Source of the DNA: an uncultured Bacteriovoracaceae bacterium
Lineage (GTDB): Bacteria > Bdellovibrionota > Bacteriovoracia > Bacteriovoracales > Bacteriovoracaceae
DNA length: 64,000 nucleotides
Reading direction: 5' to 3'
Assembly (NCBI GenBank): GCA_937931205.1
Contig: CALHBF010000019.1
Span: 79,550-143,549, forward strand
Positions 40,059 to 49,282 of the stretch are shown here, one piece after another. Numbering within the stretch: the stretch's first letter is position 1; each line of letters begins with the position of its first letter. The notes under the pieces are model-generated. The model was not told the DNA's origin. It made no database searches and saw only the letters and a list, made by a program, of their open reading frames with translations. Made by a program: the position numbers and the translations under genes.

Positions 40059-40685
40059 GTGTATATGAAATATTCAGTAGTAATTGCCCTTGCAAGCTTA
40101 ATGTTGGTTGCATGTTCAGGCTCTAAATCAGCTCAAAAAGTAAACGAAGACGTAGCTCAAATTGAGTTAACAGAAGCAGATGAAATGATGGGCGATGATA
40201 TGGGCATGACAGATGATGCAAACGATCCTGTTATGGTTGAAATGATGGGTGGAACATTGCCTGCAGAAGAAGGCGCTCCGGTAATTTCAGAAGCACACGG
40301 CATGGGAGCTGTTTCAGAATATACTGTTGGTAAAAATGAAACACTAATGATCATCGCTTTCAAAATTTATGGTGATTACGGCCAGTGGAAAGAGATTGCG
40401 AATCTGAACAGAGATGTTCTAAAGAGTAATTCACCTAGAGAAGGGATGAAGCTAAAGTATCATGCTCCTGCTCAGGCATTTGTTTGGAATCCAGAAGGTA
40501 ATCCTTATTTGATCAAAACTGGTGATACTCTAGGTACAATTTCTCACGAAGTTTACCAAACTAACCAAAAATGGAAAATTTTGTGGGATAACAATAGACC
40601 ACTGATCAAAGATCCGAATAAGATCTTTGCTGGTTTTACAATTTATTACCCAGATTTAAATCGTGATGTTGCTTCAGAACTTTAA
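40059..40685 (+). CDS. Lipoprotein with two LysM domains
   Basis: Lipobox LVAC; YTVGKNETLMIIA..IYGD and YLIKTGDTLGTIS..VY...W..L...N..LI.DPNKI. Confidence 0.85.
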   Translation: MYMKYSVVIALASLMLVACSGSKSAQKVNEDVAQIELTEADEMMGDDMGMTDDANDPVMVEMMGGTLPAEEGAPVISEAHGMGAVSEYTVGKNETLMIIAFKIYGDYGQWKEIANLNRDVLKSNSPREGMKLKYHAPAQAFVWNPEGNPYLIKTGDTLGTISHEVYQTNQKWKILWDNNRPLIKDPNKIFAGFTIYYPDLNRDVASEL

Positions 40686-40704
40686 GAAATTAATCTCTCA
40701 AATT

Positions 40705-41475
40705 GTGAAACCCTCGCTACTTGCGGGGGTTTCTTGTTTTATAATGGGCTGTTCCAGCTCTCAGGACTCCAAGCCGAATATCAGTTTGCAAGGCTATTCC
40801 GATATGAGCGAAAAGGATTTTTCGGACCATCTAGGAACATTGAAGCAATCTTTTCTCGCCCAGCCAGAAATCAAGATTGTTCCAGTAAATAATCTGCTGA
40901 AAACTTATTTTAGCGAGTTGACGACTGAGATCCTTGGAAAGAATGAGATTTTTTATCGAAAGCTTGAACGGGCCCAAGTAACAATCCTAGATACAGAGAT
41001 CCCTCTGCATTTCTCCCTCCCGGGGGGAGAAATTTTTTTAAGCAAAGGTTTAGTTACCAAGTATCTTAAACACGAGAGTATTCTAGTCAGTATTATCGCT
41101 TTTGAGCTGATTAAAAGTGAAAAGAATCTTTATCCTAAAAAAAGTTATATCCCCACTGGTTATTTTTCATTGGAAAGAATGGTTTCTCTGAATAGACTAA
41201 ATTTAGAAGAAAAAATGGAACTCCATAAGTGGGCCTATTACATGACTATTCGAACGGGACACAATGGTGAATATTATTTGTCTTGGTTACAGACCATGAA
41301 TAGAAACACTGCGGACTTTGTTTTTTTAGTTGGAGATATTAACCAGATTCCAAGAGAGGAATCTTTATTTAAAGCATTCCTCATTAAGAATGCCAACGAG
41401 GACATCGTTATTTCTAAGCAAGGTTCTTCTAAGGAATTTTACAGAGTCCTCAATTATCTAAGAGAGATAAGATGA
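40705..41475 (+). CDS. M48-peptidase-like lipoprotein lacking HExxH
   Basis: GTG start with IMG-C lipobox; FSLPGGEIFLSKGL..L.HESIL.SIIAFELIK aligns with NAFALPGG...ELAAVLAHExxH, but both His are lost. Confidence 0.6.
   Translation: MKPSLLAGVSCFIMGCSSSQDSKPNISLQGYSDMSEKDFSDHLGTLKQSFLAQPEIKIVPVNNLLKTYFSELTTEILGKNEIFYRKLERAQVTILDTEIPLHFSLPGGEIFLSKGLVTKYLKHESILVSIIAFELIKSEKNLYPKKSYIPTGYFSLERMVSLNRLNLEEKMELHKWAYYMTIRTGHNGEYYLSWLQTMNRNTADFVFLVGDINQIPREESLFKAFLIKNANEDIVISKQGSSKEFYRVLNYLREIR
40707..40740 (+). terminator. Terminator-like hairpin after the LysM gene
   Basis: GAAACCCTCGC-TACTT-GCGGGGGTTTC followed by TTGTTTT. Confidence 0.65.
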
Positions 41476-42503
41476 AACCAGAACAGTCAGAACAATTTTT
41501 AATCGAAGAACTTTTTTCAAGATCAATTGAAAGAAACGCCGTTTCTCATGAGAGTCTTGTTGAAATAGATAAGCTAACAGGGGATGCTTCTACCAGAAGA
41601 TACTATCGTGCTTTCTGTGAGAAAACGAGTTTCGTTGTATGTTTAGATAACCCTTATGAAAAGGAAGTGGAATCTCATCCCTTCTTATCGGTTCAGGAAT
41701 TCTTAAATTCTAAAGGAATTCGAGTTCCTAAGATTTATGATCATCATTTAAGAAAAGGTTATATCTTACAGGAGGATCTGGGAGATGTGACACTGATTCA
41801 GCATCTATCAGACAATACTTGTGAAAAAAATGAGTTCGAAACTTATCGCAAAGTGATTGATCAATTGGTGAGATTGCACAAGATTAATGCATCAGAAGTT
41901 CAGAATCCTCATCTCTTCAAACTTAAATTTGATTATGAAAAGTTTATGGATGAGACTCGTTTTACTTTTAAGTATTTCATTAATTTCTTTCTTAAGAATA
42001 AGAATGAGGCTTTTACTGACGAGCTGGATGCCCTGTTTAGGCCAATCATGGAGAACATTTCATCTCGACCAATGGTAATAACTCATCGTGATTTCCATTC
42101 AAGAAACCTAATGGTTAAAGATGGCGAGCTGATCTTTATCGATTTCCAAGATGCTCGCTGGGGACTTCCACAGTACGATCTCGTTTCTCTTCTTGAGGAC
42201 TGTTATTACGATTTGTCACCGAGTAACAGAGAAAATCTGAAGAAATATTATTTTGATCAAATGAAGATGAGTGATCTTGGGCAAAAGACTTATGAAGAGT
42301 TCTTAAGTCTTTACGATGATATGCTGATTCAACGTGTGTTCAAGGCGGTTGGTAGCTTCTGTTATATTTATAACTGGAGAAAAGACGAGAGATATCTAAA
42401 GTATATTGGATTTGCGATGGAGAAAATTCGTCGTACCATGAGCAAGAATCCAAAGTATAAAGAGCTCTCTGAAAAACTTTTCAAATACTATTATGCAAAT
42501 TGA
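41472..42503 (+). CDS. amgK: Anomeric MurNAc/GlcNAc kinase (APH fold)
   Basis: GDASTRRYYR, QEDLGD, HRDFHSRNLM, IDFQDA..G..YDLVSLL; coupled to a nucleotidyltransferase. Confidence 0.8.
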   Translation: MKPEQSEQFLIEELFSRSIERNAVSHESLVEIDKLTGDASTRRYYRAFCEKTSFVVCLDNPYEKEVESHPFLSVQEFLNSKGIRVPKIYDHHLRKGYILQEDLGDVTLIQHLSDNTCEKNEFETYRKVIDQLVRLHKINASEVQNPHLFKLKFDYEKFMDETRFTFKYFINFFLKNKNEAFTDELDALFRPIMENISSRPMVITHRDFHSRNLMVKDGELIFIDFQDARWGLPQYDLVSLLEDCYYDLSPSNRENLKKYYFDQMKMSDLGQKTYEEFLSLYDDMLIQRVFKAVGSFCYIYNWRKDERYLKYIGFAMEKIRRTMSKNPKYKELSEKLFKYYYAN

Positions 42504-43440
42504 TTACTGCTTAATTCTCGCTGCTGGGTTTGGAACAAGAATGGGTGAAATCGGTAAAAGCCTTCCGAAGGTTTTATGGCCGGTTTTTGAGAGAAGCTTG
42601 CTGGAGCTGCAGGTTGAATATGCCAAGTCGCTTGGAATTCAGAAAATCTTTATTAACCTTCATCATCAGAAAGATATCATCCTCGATTATGTTCAGGGGA
42701 AATCCGTTTTTGAAGGCGTTACTTTTTTACTGGAAGATAAAATTCTTGATATCGGCGGAGGGATTCATAATCTAGCCCGTAAAGTCGGTTATGAGGGAAA
42801 TCTTCTTGTTCTTAATGCCGATCAATTCTTTTTAATGTCAAAAGAGTTCATTGTTGATTCTGCAAAAAGCTTAAAAGATCACCCATCAGTACTTTTTAGT
42901 TTTGAAGTTGATCCAAGGCTTGGCTACAACTGTCTAAAGACTGATGCCAATAACCTTTTAACAGAAATTATCCCTGCTAAAGAACTGACACAAACAAGTG
43001 TCGGTATGACCTATACTGGAAACAGTCTGGTGAATTTAGGGGCGATTGAACCGGTTGAAGGAGTCAGTTCTTTCTTTGATTCAGTTGCGATTTATAAGGA
43101 AGAAAAGATTGCTGTTAAGAGTGTGGGAAATCTTTCTTATTGGGATTTTGGGACGGCCAAAAGATATTGGCTTAGCATGAGAAAAATTCTTGAAACCTAC
43201 CGCGCTCATTCAACTCATCCTTTCATAAGATTTTTGGTGCAATCTCGAGCTTTAAAAACCTGGAAGATAGAACTGACTCGCTTAAGTTACCATGCCAAGG
43301 GAAATGAGGTTATTCATCTGGGGAATAATGCTGATGAATCGCTTTCATCACAAATCATTTCACTAAGTGAAAGATCGCAATCAATTGTTCAAGGCCCCTC
43401 AATAATTTATAAAGAATTCGAAGAAAAAATTAATCTTTAG
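42493..43440 (+). CDS. murU: MurU-like sugar-phosphate nucleotidyltransferase
   Basis: LILAAGFGTRM....PK, INLHH, ILDIGGGI, LNAD; follows amgK. Confidence 0.7.
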   Translation: MQIDYCLILAAGFGTRMGEIGKSLPKVLWPVFERSLLELQVEYAKSLGIQKIFINLHHQKDIILDYVQGKSVFEGVTFLLEDKILDIGGGIHNLARKVGYEGNLLVLNADQFFLMSKEFIVDSAKSLKDHPSVLFSFEVDPRLGYNCLKTDANNLLTEIIPAKELTQTSVGMTYTGNSLVNLGAIEPVEGVSSFFDSVAIYKEEKIAVKSVGNLSYWDFGTAKRYWLSMRKILETYRAHSTHPFIRFLVQSRALKTWKIELTRLSYHAKGNEVIHLGNNADESLSSQIISLSERSQSIVQGPSIIYKEFEEKINL

Positions 43441-43618
43441 TAATTTCTCTTATACAATCAATGGGACAGACCTCCTGACAGAGACTGCATAGGGTACAGC
43501 TCCACGTATCGATGAGGTACGTTTGCCCATCGGTAAGAATGGCCTTTTCCGGACAGATCAGGCGGCAGTTATCGCAACTGACACAGATGGAGGTAATCTC
43601 TAAGCGTGTTTGGTTCAT
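43430..43618 (-). CDS. 2x[4Fe-4S] ferredoxin
   Basis: CVSCDNCRLICP and CTLCSLCQEVCP. Confidence 0.9.
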   Translation of the reverse strand: MNQTRLEITSICVSCDNCRLICPEKAILTDGQTYLIDTWSCTLCSLCQEVCPIDCIREITKD

Positions 43619-43637
43619 AAAGTTATTATAAGGCAAA

Positions 43638-44381
43638 TTGCATATGGAACAATTGAAAGTAAGAAAGAAAGGTATGATTGTTTTGAATTGTATCTTTTAT
43701 CTCGTCTTATCCTTTTTCTTTTTATATCTCCAGTACGCCTATCGTTCTCATGTAACTCCTTTTTCGGTTCTCTATTTGCAAAAGAGCATTGAACTATTTT
43801 GGTATATTGTTCTTCCGCTTATCGTGAGTATGGGCCTTTTATGGAAACACCATCGTTATTGTTCAGCAGCTTTTGTTGTTTCGACAGTTTTGATCGGATT
43901 TAAAATCCTGGAAGGTCTGTTTATTGAATTTAACAAGATGATTGTATTGAGCCTTTTCTTCTATGTGGTGATTTCTTATTTTCTTCATCAGCTTCTCAAT
44001 CAATATCTGTCACTGGCAGAGCTTAATTCAAATTATTCTGAGAATGATCTTTTTAAACCACTGCTTACTGAAATTCATTGTAGTCTTCAGTTAAATAATG
44101 GGAAGCATGAATACGCCGGGGTATTAACTAACTGGGATGCTGAGGGGTGTTTTGTTCGTCTTAATGATTGGCCGGCAGAAAAAATGAAGAAAGTAAGCTT
44201 GGTCATTCACTTTGGGGGAAGGGACTTCGTGGAGCATGGGGAAGTTGTTGCTCAGTCTACTTCATTGAAAGGAGTTGGCCTAAAATTGAAATACAGTTCA
44301 AAAGATTTGAAAGTATTCAACTGGGTCGAGTTTGTAGAGCTAGTCGAAGAATTAGGGTTCGATCCGAAAAGGTTAAGATGA
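43638..44381 (+). CDS. Multi-TM membrane protein with C-terminal PilZ-like domain
   Basis: About four TM helices; GVLTNWDAEGCFV...GEVV...GVGLK is PilZ-like. Start is uncertain. Confidence 0.6.
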   Translation: MHMEQLKVRKKGMIVLNCIFYLVLSFFFLYLQYAYRSHVTPFSVLYLQKSIELFWYIVLPLIVSMGLLWKHHRYCSAAFVVSTVLIGFKILEGLFIEFNKMIVLSLFFYVVISYFLHQLLNQYLSLAELNSNYSENDLFKPLLTEIHCSLQLNNGKHEYAGVLTNWDAEGCFVRLNDWPAEKMKKVSLVIHFGGRDFVEHGEVVAQSTSLKGVGLKLKYSSKDLKVFNWVEFVELVEELGFDPKRLR

Positions 44382-44812
44382 AAAAGCTTCTTACTTATAT
44401 TTTATTATCACTCATGATTGTTGCCTGTACTGAAGAAGATAAGACTCCAGAGGGAGCATTGAAAACTTTTGTAGAAGCACGCTTTGAAAAAGTAGTTACT
44501 CGTGAGTTTATTGCCGAGAGAGTTTCTGGGAAAATGAAGGAGAGCTTTGATGCTCTTACGGATGAAGATTTCCTAAAATTCAGTGATCTTCGTAATGTGA
44601 AACGTAATAGCTTTAAAATTCTTTCTAAGTCGTGTCATGAGAACAAATGCTTCCTGACTTATTTAGTAGGTTTTAATACCAATAATCAGTTTAATTCTGA
44701 AGTTAAGAAAATTGCCGAGATGGTTCAGGTTGGAGAGAAATGGCTTATAGAAGATGTTTCAAACTTAAAAACCTATCACGAAGGCAACGAAGCTATTAAT
44801 CCTCTCGAGTAA
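44378..44812 (+). CDS. Lipoprotein (NTF2/DUF4878-like)
   Basis: MKKLL..IVA-C lipobox; TPEGALKTFV ... MVQVGEKWLI. Real start 44378, overlapping the upstream stop. Confidence 0.7.
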   Translation: MKKLLTYILLSLMIVACTEEDKTPEGALKTFVEARFEKVVTREFIAERVSGKMKESFDALTDEDFLKFSDLRNVKRNSFKILSKSCHENKCFLTYLVGFNTNNQFNSEVKKIAEMVQVGEKWLIEDVSNLKTYHEGNEAINPLE

Positions 44813-44823
44813 TATGTCGATAA
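44796..44823 (+). promoter_or_regulatory. Putative sigma28-type promoter
   Basis: TTAATCCT-N12-GTCGATAA upstream of 44840. Confidence 0.45.
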
Positions 44824-44839
44824 GGAAATTGGAGGCATT

Positions 44840-45262
44840 ATGCAAAAATCCAATTTCCTAAACTTTCTGGTAGATGAAACCTTTCGTATTCAGGAAAAAA
44901 GTCATAATGAACTTTGGAGTCTAGAGCGTAAGCTTACTGACTATAAAATTAATTTTCTTAGAGGAGAATTCATTCCTCAAACTCAACTTTTACGCTTTAA
45001 AACACCTCTTGGTCTTCTGGATATTCCGATTAACTGGTCTTGTTTTGCCCCTGAAATTGGCAGGGATTTTACGCATCTAAGAGGGGATAACGATCCGGAA
45101 TCTCTTTTGGCAATTCTTAAAGCTTCATGGGACAAAAATGTGAGTTCACTCCTGATCACTCAGGCGCAAGGCTACTGTTACATCATTGGTCTGAGTAAGA
45201 CTGATGAGCAACATTTTGAAGATCTGATAAATCCACAGGAAATTTTCATTCGAGCAGCATAA
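44840..45262 (+). CDS. Hypothetical protein
   Basis: GGAGG RBS; 140-aa ORF ending at a terminator. Confidence 0.65.
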   Translation: MQKSNFLNFLVDETFRIQEKSHNELWSLERKLTDYKINFLRGEFIPQTQLLRFKTPLGLLDIPINWSCFAPEIGRDFTHLRGDNDPESLLAILKASWDKNVSSLLITQAQGYCYIIGLSKTDEQHFEDLINPQEIFIRAA

Positions 45263-45292
45263 AAAAAGCCCTCAATTCTGAGGGCTTTTTTT
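45261..45292. terminator. Bidirectional rho-independent terminator
   Basis: A-run, GCCCTCA-ATTC-TGAGGGC, T-run. Confidence 0.9.
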
Positions 45293-45313
45293 GTGTGTTG
45301 TGTGTGCAAATAA

Positions 45314-46150
45314 TTAAAGTGCCATGTAATACTGCTTAAGCATCTGAGCATCAACTTCAAGGTTTGGTGAGTTACAAACCACGTATCCTTTACAGTCCAT
45401 ATCCTTAAGCGCTTTCATCAGGTCTTTCCAATTGAACTTTGATTTCTCTAGGTTCAAGTGTTTTAAGTCACCTTTAGAGTTTGAGCTGATCCCTGAAATG
45501 TGAATGTGCATTTCATCAAGTGATTTAGGACCTAGTTCATTTTTTAGTGTTTCAAGAGTTTCACAGAAACCTTTGTAGTCATTCACTGTACCTGTACGAG
45601 CGTATAGGTGAGAGAAGTCCATACATGGTTTACAGCTCATCACTGATTTTGAAAGGCTGATTAGCTCCTCAAGAGAACCGAACTGAGATGTTTTCCCAGT
45701 AAGCTCAGGACGAAGTTCAATTTCAATATCAAGACGAGAAAGTCTTTCTTCAATTACGTTTAAAGACTTTTCTACCAGATCGAATACATCATAAGGCGAA
45801 TCTTTCATGTAGAAAGCCGCGTGGAAAGTCATCGATTCAGCACCGCAAAGATCAGAGATTTTTGCAGTTTGGATGATGCGTTCAACAGATGAGTCAATTT
45901 TATCTTGCTCACGAGCATTTAAGTTAATGTAGTAAGGGCCATGAGACGTTAGGGGAATTCCTAGCTCATAAGACACTTTTCTTAGAGATGAAGAAACTTC
46001 TTCTTTCATACGCACACCATGAGCGAACTCAAGTTGCATACAATCCAGATTTAGTTCGTGAATTCGTCTTACACCTTCAACAGGATTGTTCTTTTTTGCA
46101 GTACTGTTTGGAACACCAGCAGTACCAAATAATAAACGATCAAAGGCCAT
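45314..46150 (-). CDS. Endonuclease IV-like (archaeal-type Nfo) TIM-barrel protein
   Basis: FGTAGVP, HGPYYINLN, RPELTGKTSQFGSLEEL, DFSHLYAR, HIHISG; start adjusted to MAFDR (GGAG RBS). Confidence 0.8.
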   Translation of the reverse strand: MAFDRLLFGTAGVPNSTAKKNNPVEGVRRIHELNLDCMQLEFAHGVRMKEEVSSSLRKVSYELGIPLTSHGPYYINLNAREQDKIDSSVERIIQTAKISDLCGAESMTFHAAFYMKDSPYDVFDLVEKSLNVIEERLSRLDIEIELRPELTGKTSQFGSLEELISLSKSVMSCKPCMDFSHLYARTGTVNDYKGFCETLETLKNELGPKSLDEMHIHISGISSNSKGDLKHLNLEKSKFNWKDLMKALKDMDCKGYVVCNSPNLEVDAQMLKQYYMAL

Positions 46151-46178
46151 GTAGAGTCTCCTATTGGAAGAAAACAAA

Positions 46179-46415
46179 CTAAAAAATTTTATCTACCCAA
46201 TCATTTCTTTTTAAACAACTTTGACAACCTTGACCCATCCCATAGGCTTCCGCCAGGGCAACAAGATCAACAGATCTTGTTTCATCAAAGAAGTCGCGAA
46301 TGTCGCGGGCGCTTACACAAAAACATTCACAAATCAAAAAGTCATCATCTAGTAAGTCATTTGGACTTAATAGGTCAGCTATTTCATCGATCTGTTGTAT
46401 GAAGTCTTTATCCAT
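46179..46415 (-). CDS. BFD-like [2Fe-2S] protein
   Basis: LICECFCVS ... GQGCQSC. Confidence 0.75.
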   Translation of the reverse strand: MDKDFIQQIDEIADLLSPNDLLDDDFLICECFCVSARDIRDFFDETRSVDLVALAEAYGMGQGCQSCLKRNDWVDKIF

Positions 46416-46586
46416 TTTTTAAGCGCTTGGCGTCAAAAGCTTTTCTCAAAGCAAACGTGCGTCAGACTTATAACTTGATGGGCCGTCTATGTCCATGAAG
46501 AAAGTTTGGGAGTGTAATAAAGTAATACAAATAAGTTTTATGAAGTGGTAAAATAGTGAAAATATTCATGAATATACGGTTTTTCC

Positions 46587-47426
46587 ATGCTACCAAATTT
46601 CGTCCTTATATGTAGTTTTTTGTTCCTTACTTTGGCCTGTTGGCTCTTCCTAAGTGGTCTAATTCTCGTGACCGCCCTGTTGCTATTGGTGGTACTGGCC
46701 TTAGTGGTCTGGAATTATGCTGATAAGGCCATTCTCTACTTCCTTGGGGCGCGCGAAATCATGAGTAGTGATGAGCCGAATTTCTTTCAAGAGGCCACTC
46801 AGCAGGCCTATAAGCTCTCGATCAAAACTCCCAGCCTCTATTTCTATAACGGACTATTTGAACGTGCCTTTGTTTTACAAAATGGTGAGGATGTCTCATT
46901 AGTTCTTTCGCGCTCACTGCTTGATCGTGCAGGGAAGAATGAATTATCTGTGATCTGCTTTTCACTTTTATTGCAGGTAAAGAAAAAGATGGCGCCAACT
47001 CGTACGAAGGCCATGCTTGTTTTAGGACTAATCACTTGGCTGGTGCATGGCCTTGGAAGTGTCGTCGCGATTTTGATTCCATCAAAAAATGTTAAAGAAG
47101 CTGTTTTCCTACTTCTTAACTTCTTTCTTCATCCTTGGTTAAGGCTCAATTTTAAATTTTTGATCGGAGAGAGATATTTTAAAAAGTTGGGAATTTATCT
47201 GGCCGATTTTCCACAGGAAAATAACGAGCTGACCCATTTCTATTTAAAAATAAGACATCCAAGCGAGATCTCTTCACATCCGTCACGAAGACTGATTGAA
47301 CTTTTCTCAAGTCAGCGTTCTTCACATTATCAGAACGTATTGAGCCTAGAGCTCTTACCCCACGAATGGGATTATTATCAACAACACCAGGAAGGTTTAA
47401 GTGATAAGGAAACTGCGAGAGCTTGA
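46587..47426 (+). CDS. HtpX/M48-like membrane protein lacking HExxH
   Basis: N-terminal TMs; W..ADK.IL...GAR, P.LY, VLSRSLL.....ELSVI follow the HtpX layout, with FSLLLQ in place of HExxH. Confidence 0.6.
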   Translation: MLPNFVLICSFLFLTLACWLFLSGLILVTALLLLVVLALVVWNYADKAILYFLGAREIMSSDEPNFFQEATQQAYKLSIKTPSLYFYNGLFERAFVLQNGEDVSLVLSRSLLDRAGKNELSVICFSLLLQVKKKMAPTRTKAMLVLGLITWLVHGLGSVVAILIPSKNVKEAVFLLLNFFLHPWLRLNFKFLIGERYFKKLGIYLADFPQENNELTHFYLKIRHPSEISSHPSRRLIELFSSQRSSHYQNVLSLELLPHEWDYYQQHQEGLSDKETARA

Positions 47427-49272
47427 GTTAAGTAAGTTTGCGCCTTTACTGGTAACGCTCTCTTTTATTTTTATTCTGATCCAATACTCATTCCATCCTC
47501 TGGAATCAGTCTTTCATGATTTCTGGATCAAGTCAGATTTCATGAGCTCAAAAATTGAGTCTCCTATTGTGATCATTCATATGGATGAAGAAAGTGATCA
47601 GTTCCTTGGGGATTCTTATCCTTATACTTACGCCACTCATTCACGTTTTTTAAAAAGACTTATTCAGGATGGGCCGAGCCAGCTTATCTATTTTATGAAC
47701 TTGCAGGACCCTTCAATTAAAGAAGAGGAAACCCATCTCTCTATCGTTCATGAACTTATCAATCAGTATGATCCTGATAAAACTAAATTTAGATTTGGAA
47801 CTGAGCTGGATGTTTTTGGTGAAACACTGCCGCCAGCTGAGTTAAAAGATTTAGGATATAGCTTTTCACAAATTTATAAAGATCAGTTGATTTTTGCCAA
47901 AGATGAAGTTGTTCGTCGTGCGATTCTCAATGTTAGTGGCGATGACTCACTTCATCTGGCCAGTGCTAAGGAATTGAGAAAAAAATTAGGCGAAGAAATT
48001 CTCAATGCTTCAAGCTATCCGGGCTCTTACTACAGCCCTGAGGCTGAAGCTCATTTCGCTCTTTTCAAATATGCTAGTAACCCGATGTCAGATAGTGTTT
48101 CTTCGATTGCCTTTCACAAAGTTGCCGTAGGTAATTTTCCGAAAGGCTTTTTTAAAGATAAGATCGTTTTAGTTGGACCTCGCTACCTTGCTAATTCTTC
48201 TGACTTCGTTTTCACTCCCTTTAGCAAAGAAAACTTCAAGACTCCGAAGTTAGCTGTTCATGCTGAAATCATTAATGCACTGGCCTTGAAGCGAACGATT
48301 ATTGATGTCCCAGAGATATTCTCACAAGTGCTGGCCTTATTAATTGCGGTTTTCTTATCTCTCATCATCTCTCGCGTTCAGCCGGTGAAAGGGCTGATGG
48401 TTACCATTTCCCTGATTGGTGGGATTCTTCTACTCAGCTATCTGTCATTTTGCTTATGGGGAGTTTGGTTTAAGCTCTCACACATTGTACTGAGTATTTT
48501 CATTGTTTATTATATTTGGGTTCCCTTTCGTGCAATTGAAGAATATCAGACTCGTTATGCCATTCAGGAAGAAACAAAACTTCTTAAACAAGTGGATAAT
48601 CTAAAGCAGAACTTTATCTCGCTTATGAGTCACGATCTTAAAACACCGGTTGCCAAGATCGCAGGAATTGTTGATCTTCTGAAAATGAAACTGGGCCCGC
48701 AGAATGAGGCAACCGATCTGGTGCATAAGATTTCTGATTCCACTAAAGAACTAAACAGTTTCATTAACTCGATTCTTGATTTAACTAAAATTGAGTCGCA
48801 AAACCTGACGATCAGAAAAGAGTCAAAAGACTTAAATAAAATCATTGAGGCAACTGTTGAGAAACTTCAGTTTGAGGCCAATGCTAAAAACATTGAGCTG
48901 TCGGAAGAATTATCACCTCTGTATCCCATCCAGATTGATGTCATCCTGATGAATCGGGTAATTTCCAACCTCATTGAAAATGCCATAAAGTACTCCGGAG
49001 AGGGCAAAAGCGTCTGGATTAAAACTTGGGATGATGCTGATTGGGTTTATGTTGAAATCAAGGATAATGGGCCTGGAATCAAAGAAGAAGATATCAATCA
49101 CATCTTTGATAAATTTTATCGGGTAAAAAATGATTCAACTCACGTGATAAAAGGTTCAGGACTTGGGTTATACTTAGTTAAATACTTTATTGAGCTTCAT
49201 AGTGGTACAATTACAGCGACCTCAAAGCTTGGTGAAGGAACGTCTTTTATTATAAAATTAAGGAACGAATAG
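47401..49272 (+). CDS. CHASE2-domain sensor histidine kinase
   Basis: IVIIHMDEES, FKDKIVLVG, VHAEII, three TMs; H-box SHDLKTP, NLIENAIKY, DNGPGI, GSGLGL. Confidence 0.92.
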   Translation: MIRKLRELELSKFAPLLVTLSFIFILIQYSFHPLESVFHDFWIKSDFMSSKIESPIVIIHMDEESDQFLGDSYPYTYATHSRFLKRLIQDGPSQLIYFMNLQDPSIKEEETHLSIVHELINQYDPDKTKFRFGTELDVFGETLPPAELKDLGYSFSQIYKDQLIFAKDEVVRRAILNVSGDDSLHLASAKELRKKLGEEILNASSYPGSYYSPEAEAHFALFKYASNPMSDSVSSIAFHKVAVGNFPKGFFKDKIVLVGPRYLANSSDFVFTPFSKENFKTPKLAVHAEIINALALKRTIIDVPEIFSQVLALLIAVFLSLIISRVQPVKGLMVTISLIGGILLLSYLSFCLWGVWFKLSHIVLSIFIVYYIWVPFRAIEEYQTRYAIQEETKLLKQVDNLKQNFISLMSHDLKTPVAKIAGIVDLLKMKLGPQNEATDLVHKISDSTKELNSFINSILDLTKIESQNLTIRKESKDLNKIIEATVEKLQFEANAKNIELSEELSPLYPIQIDVILMNRVISNLIENAIKYSGEGKSVWIKTWDDADWVYVEIKDNGPGIKEEDINHIFDKFYRVKNDSTHVIKGSGLGLYLVKYFIELHSGTITATSKLGEGTSFIIKLRNE

Positions 49273-49282
49273 GAGCCTTTTT

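Noticed and set aside
46416-46586. Possible ncRNA or riboswitch in the divergent intergenic region (two GCGTCA repeats)
   Set aside because: No convincing stem structure or known riboswitch consensus; probably promoter DNA.
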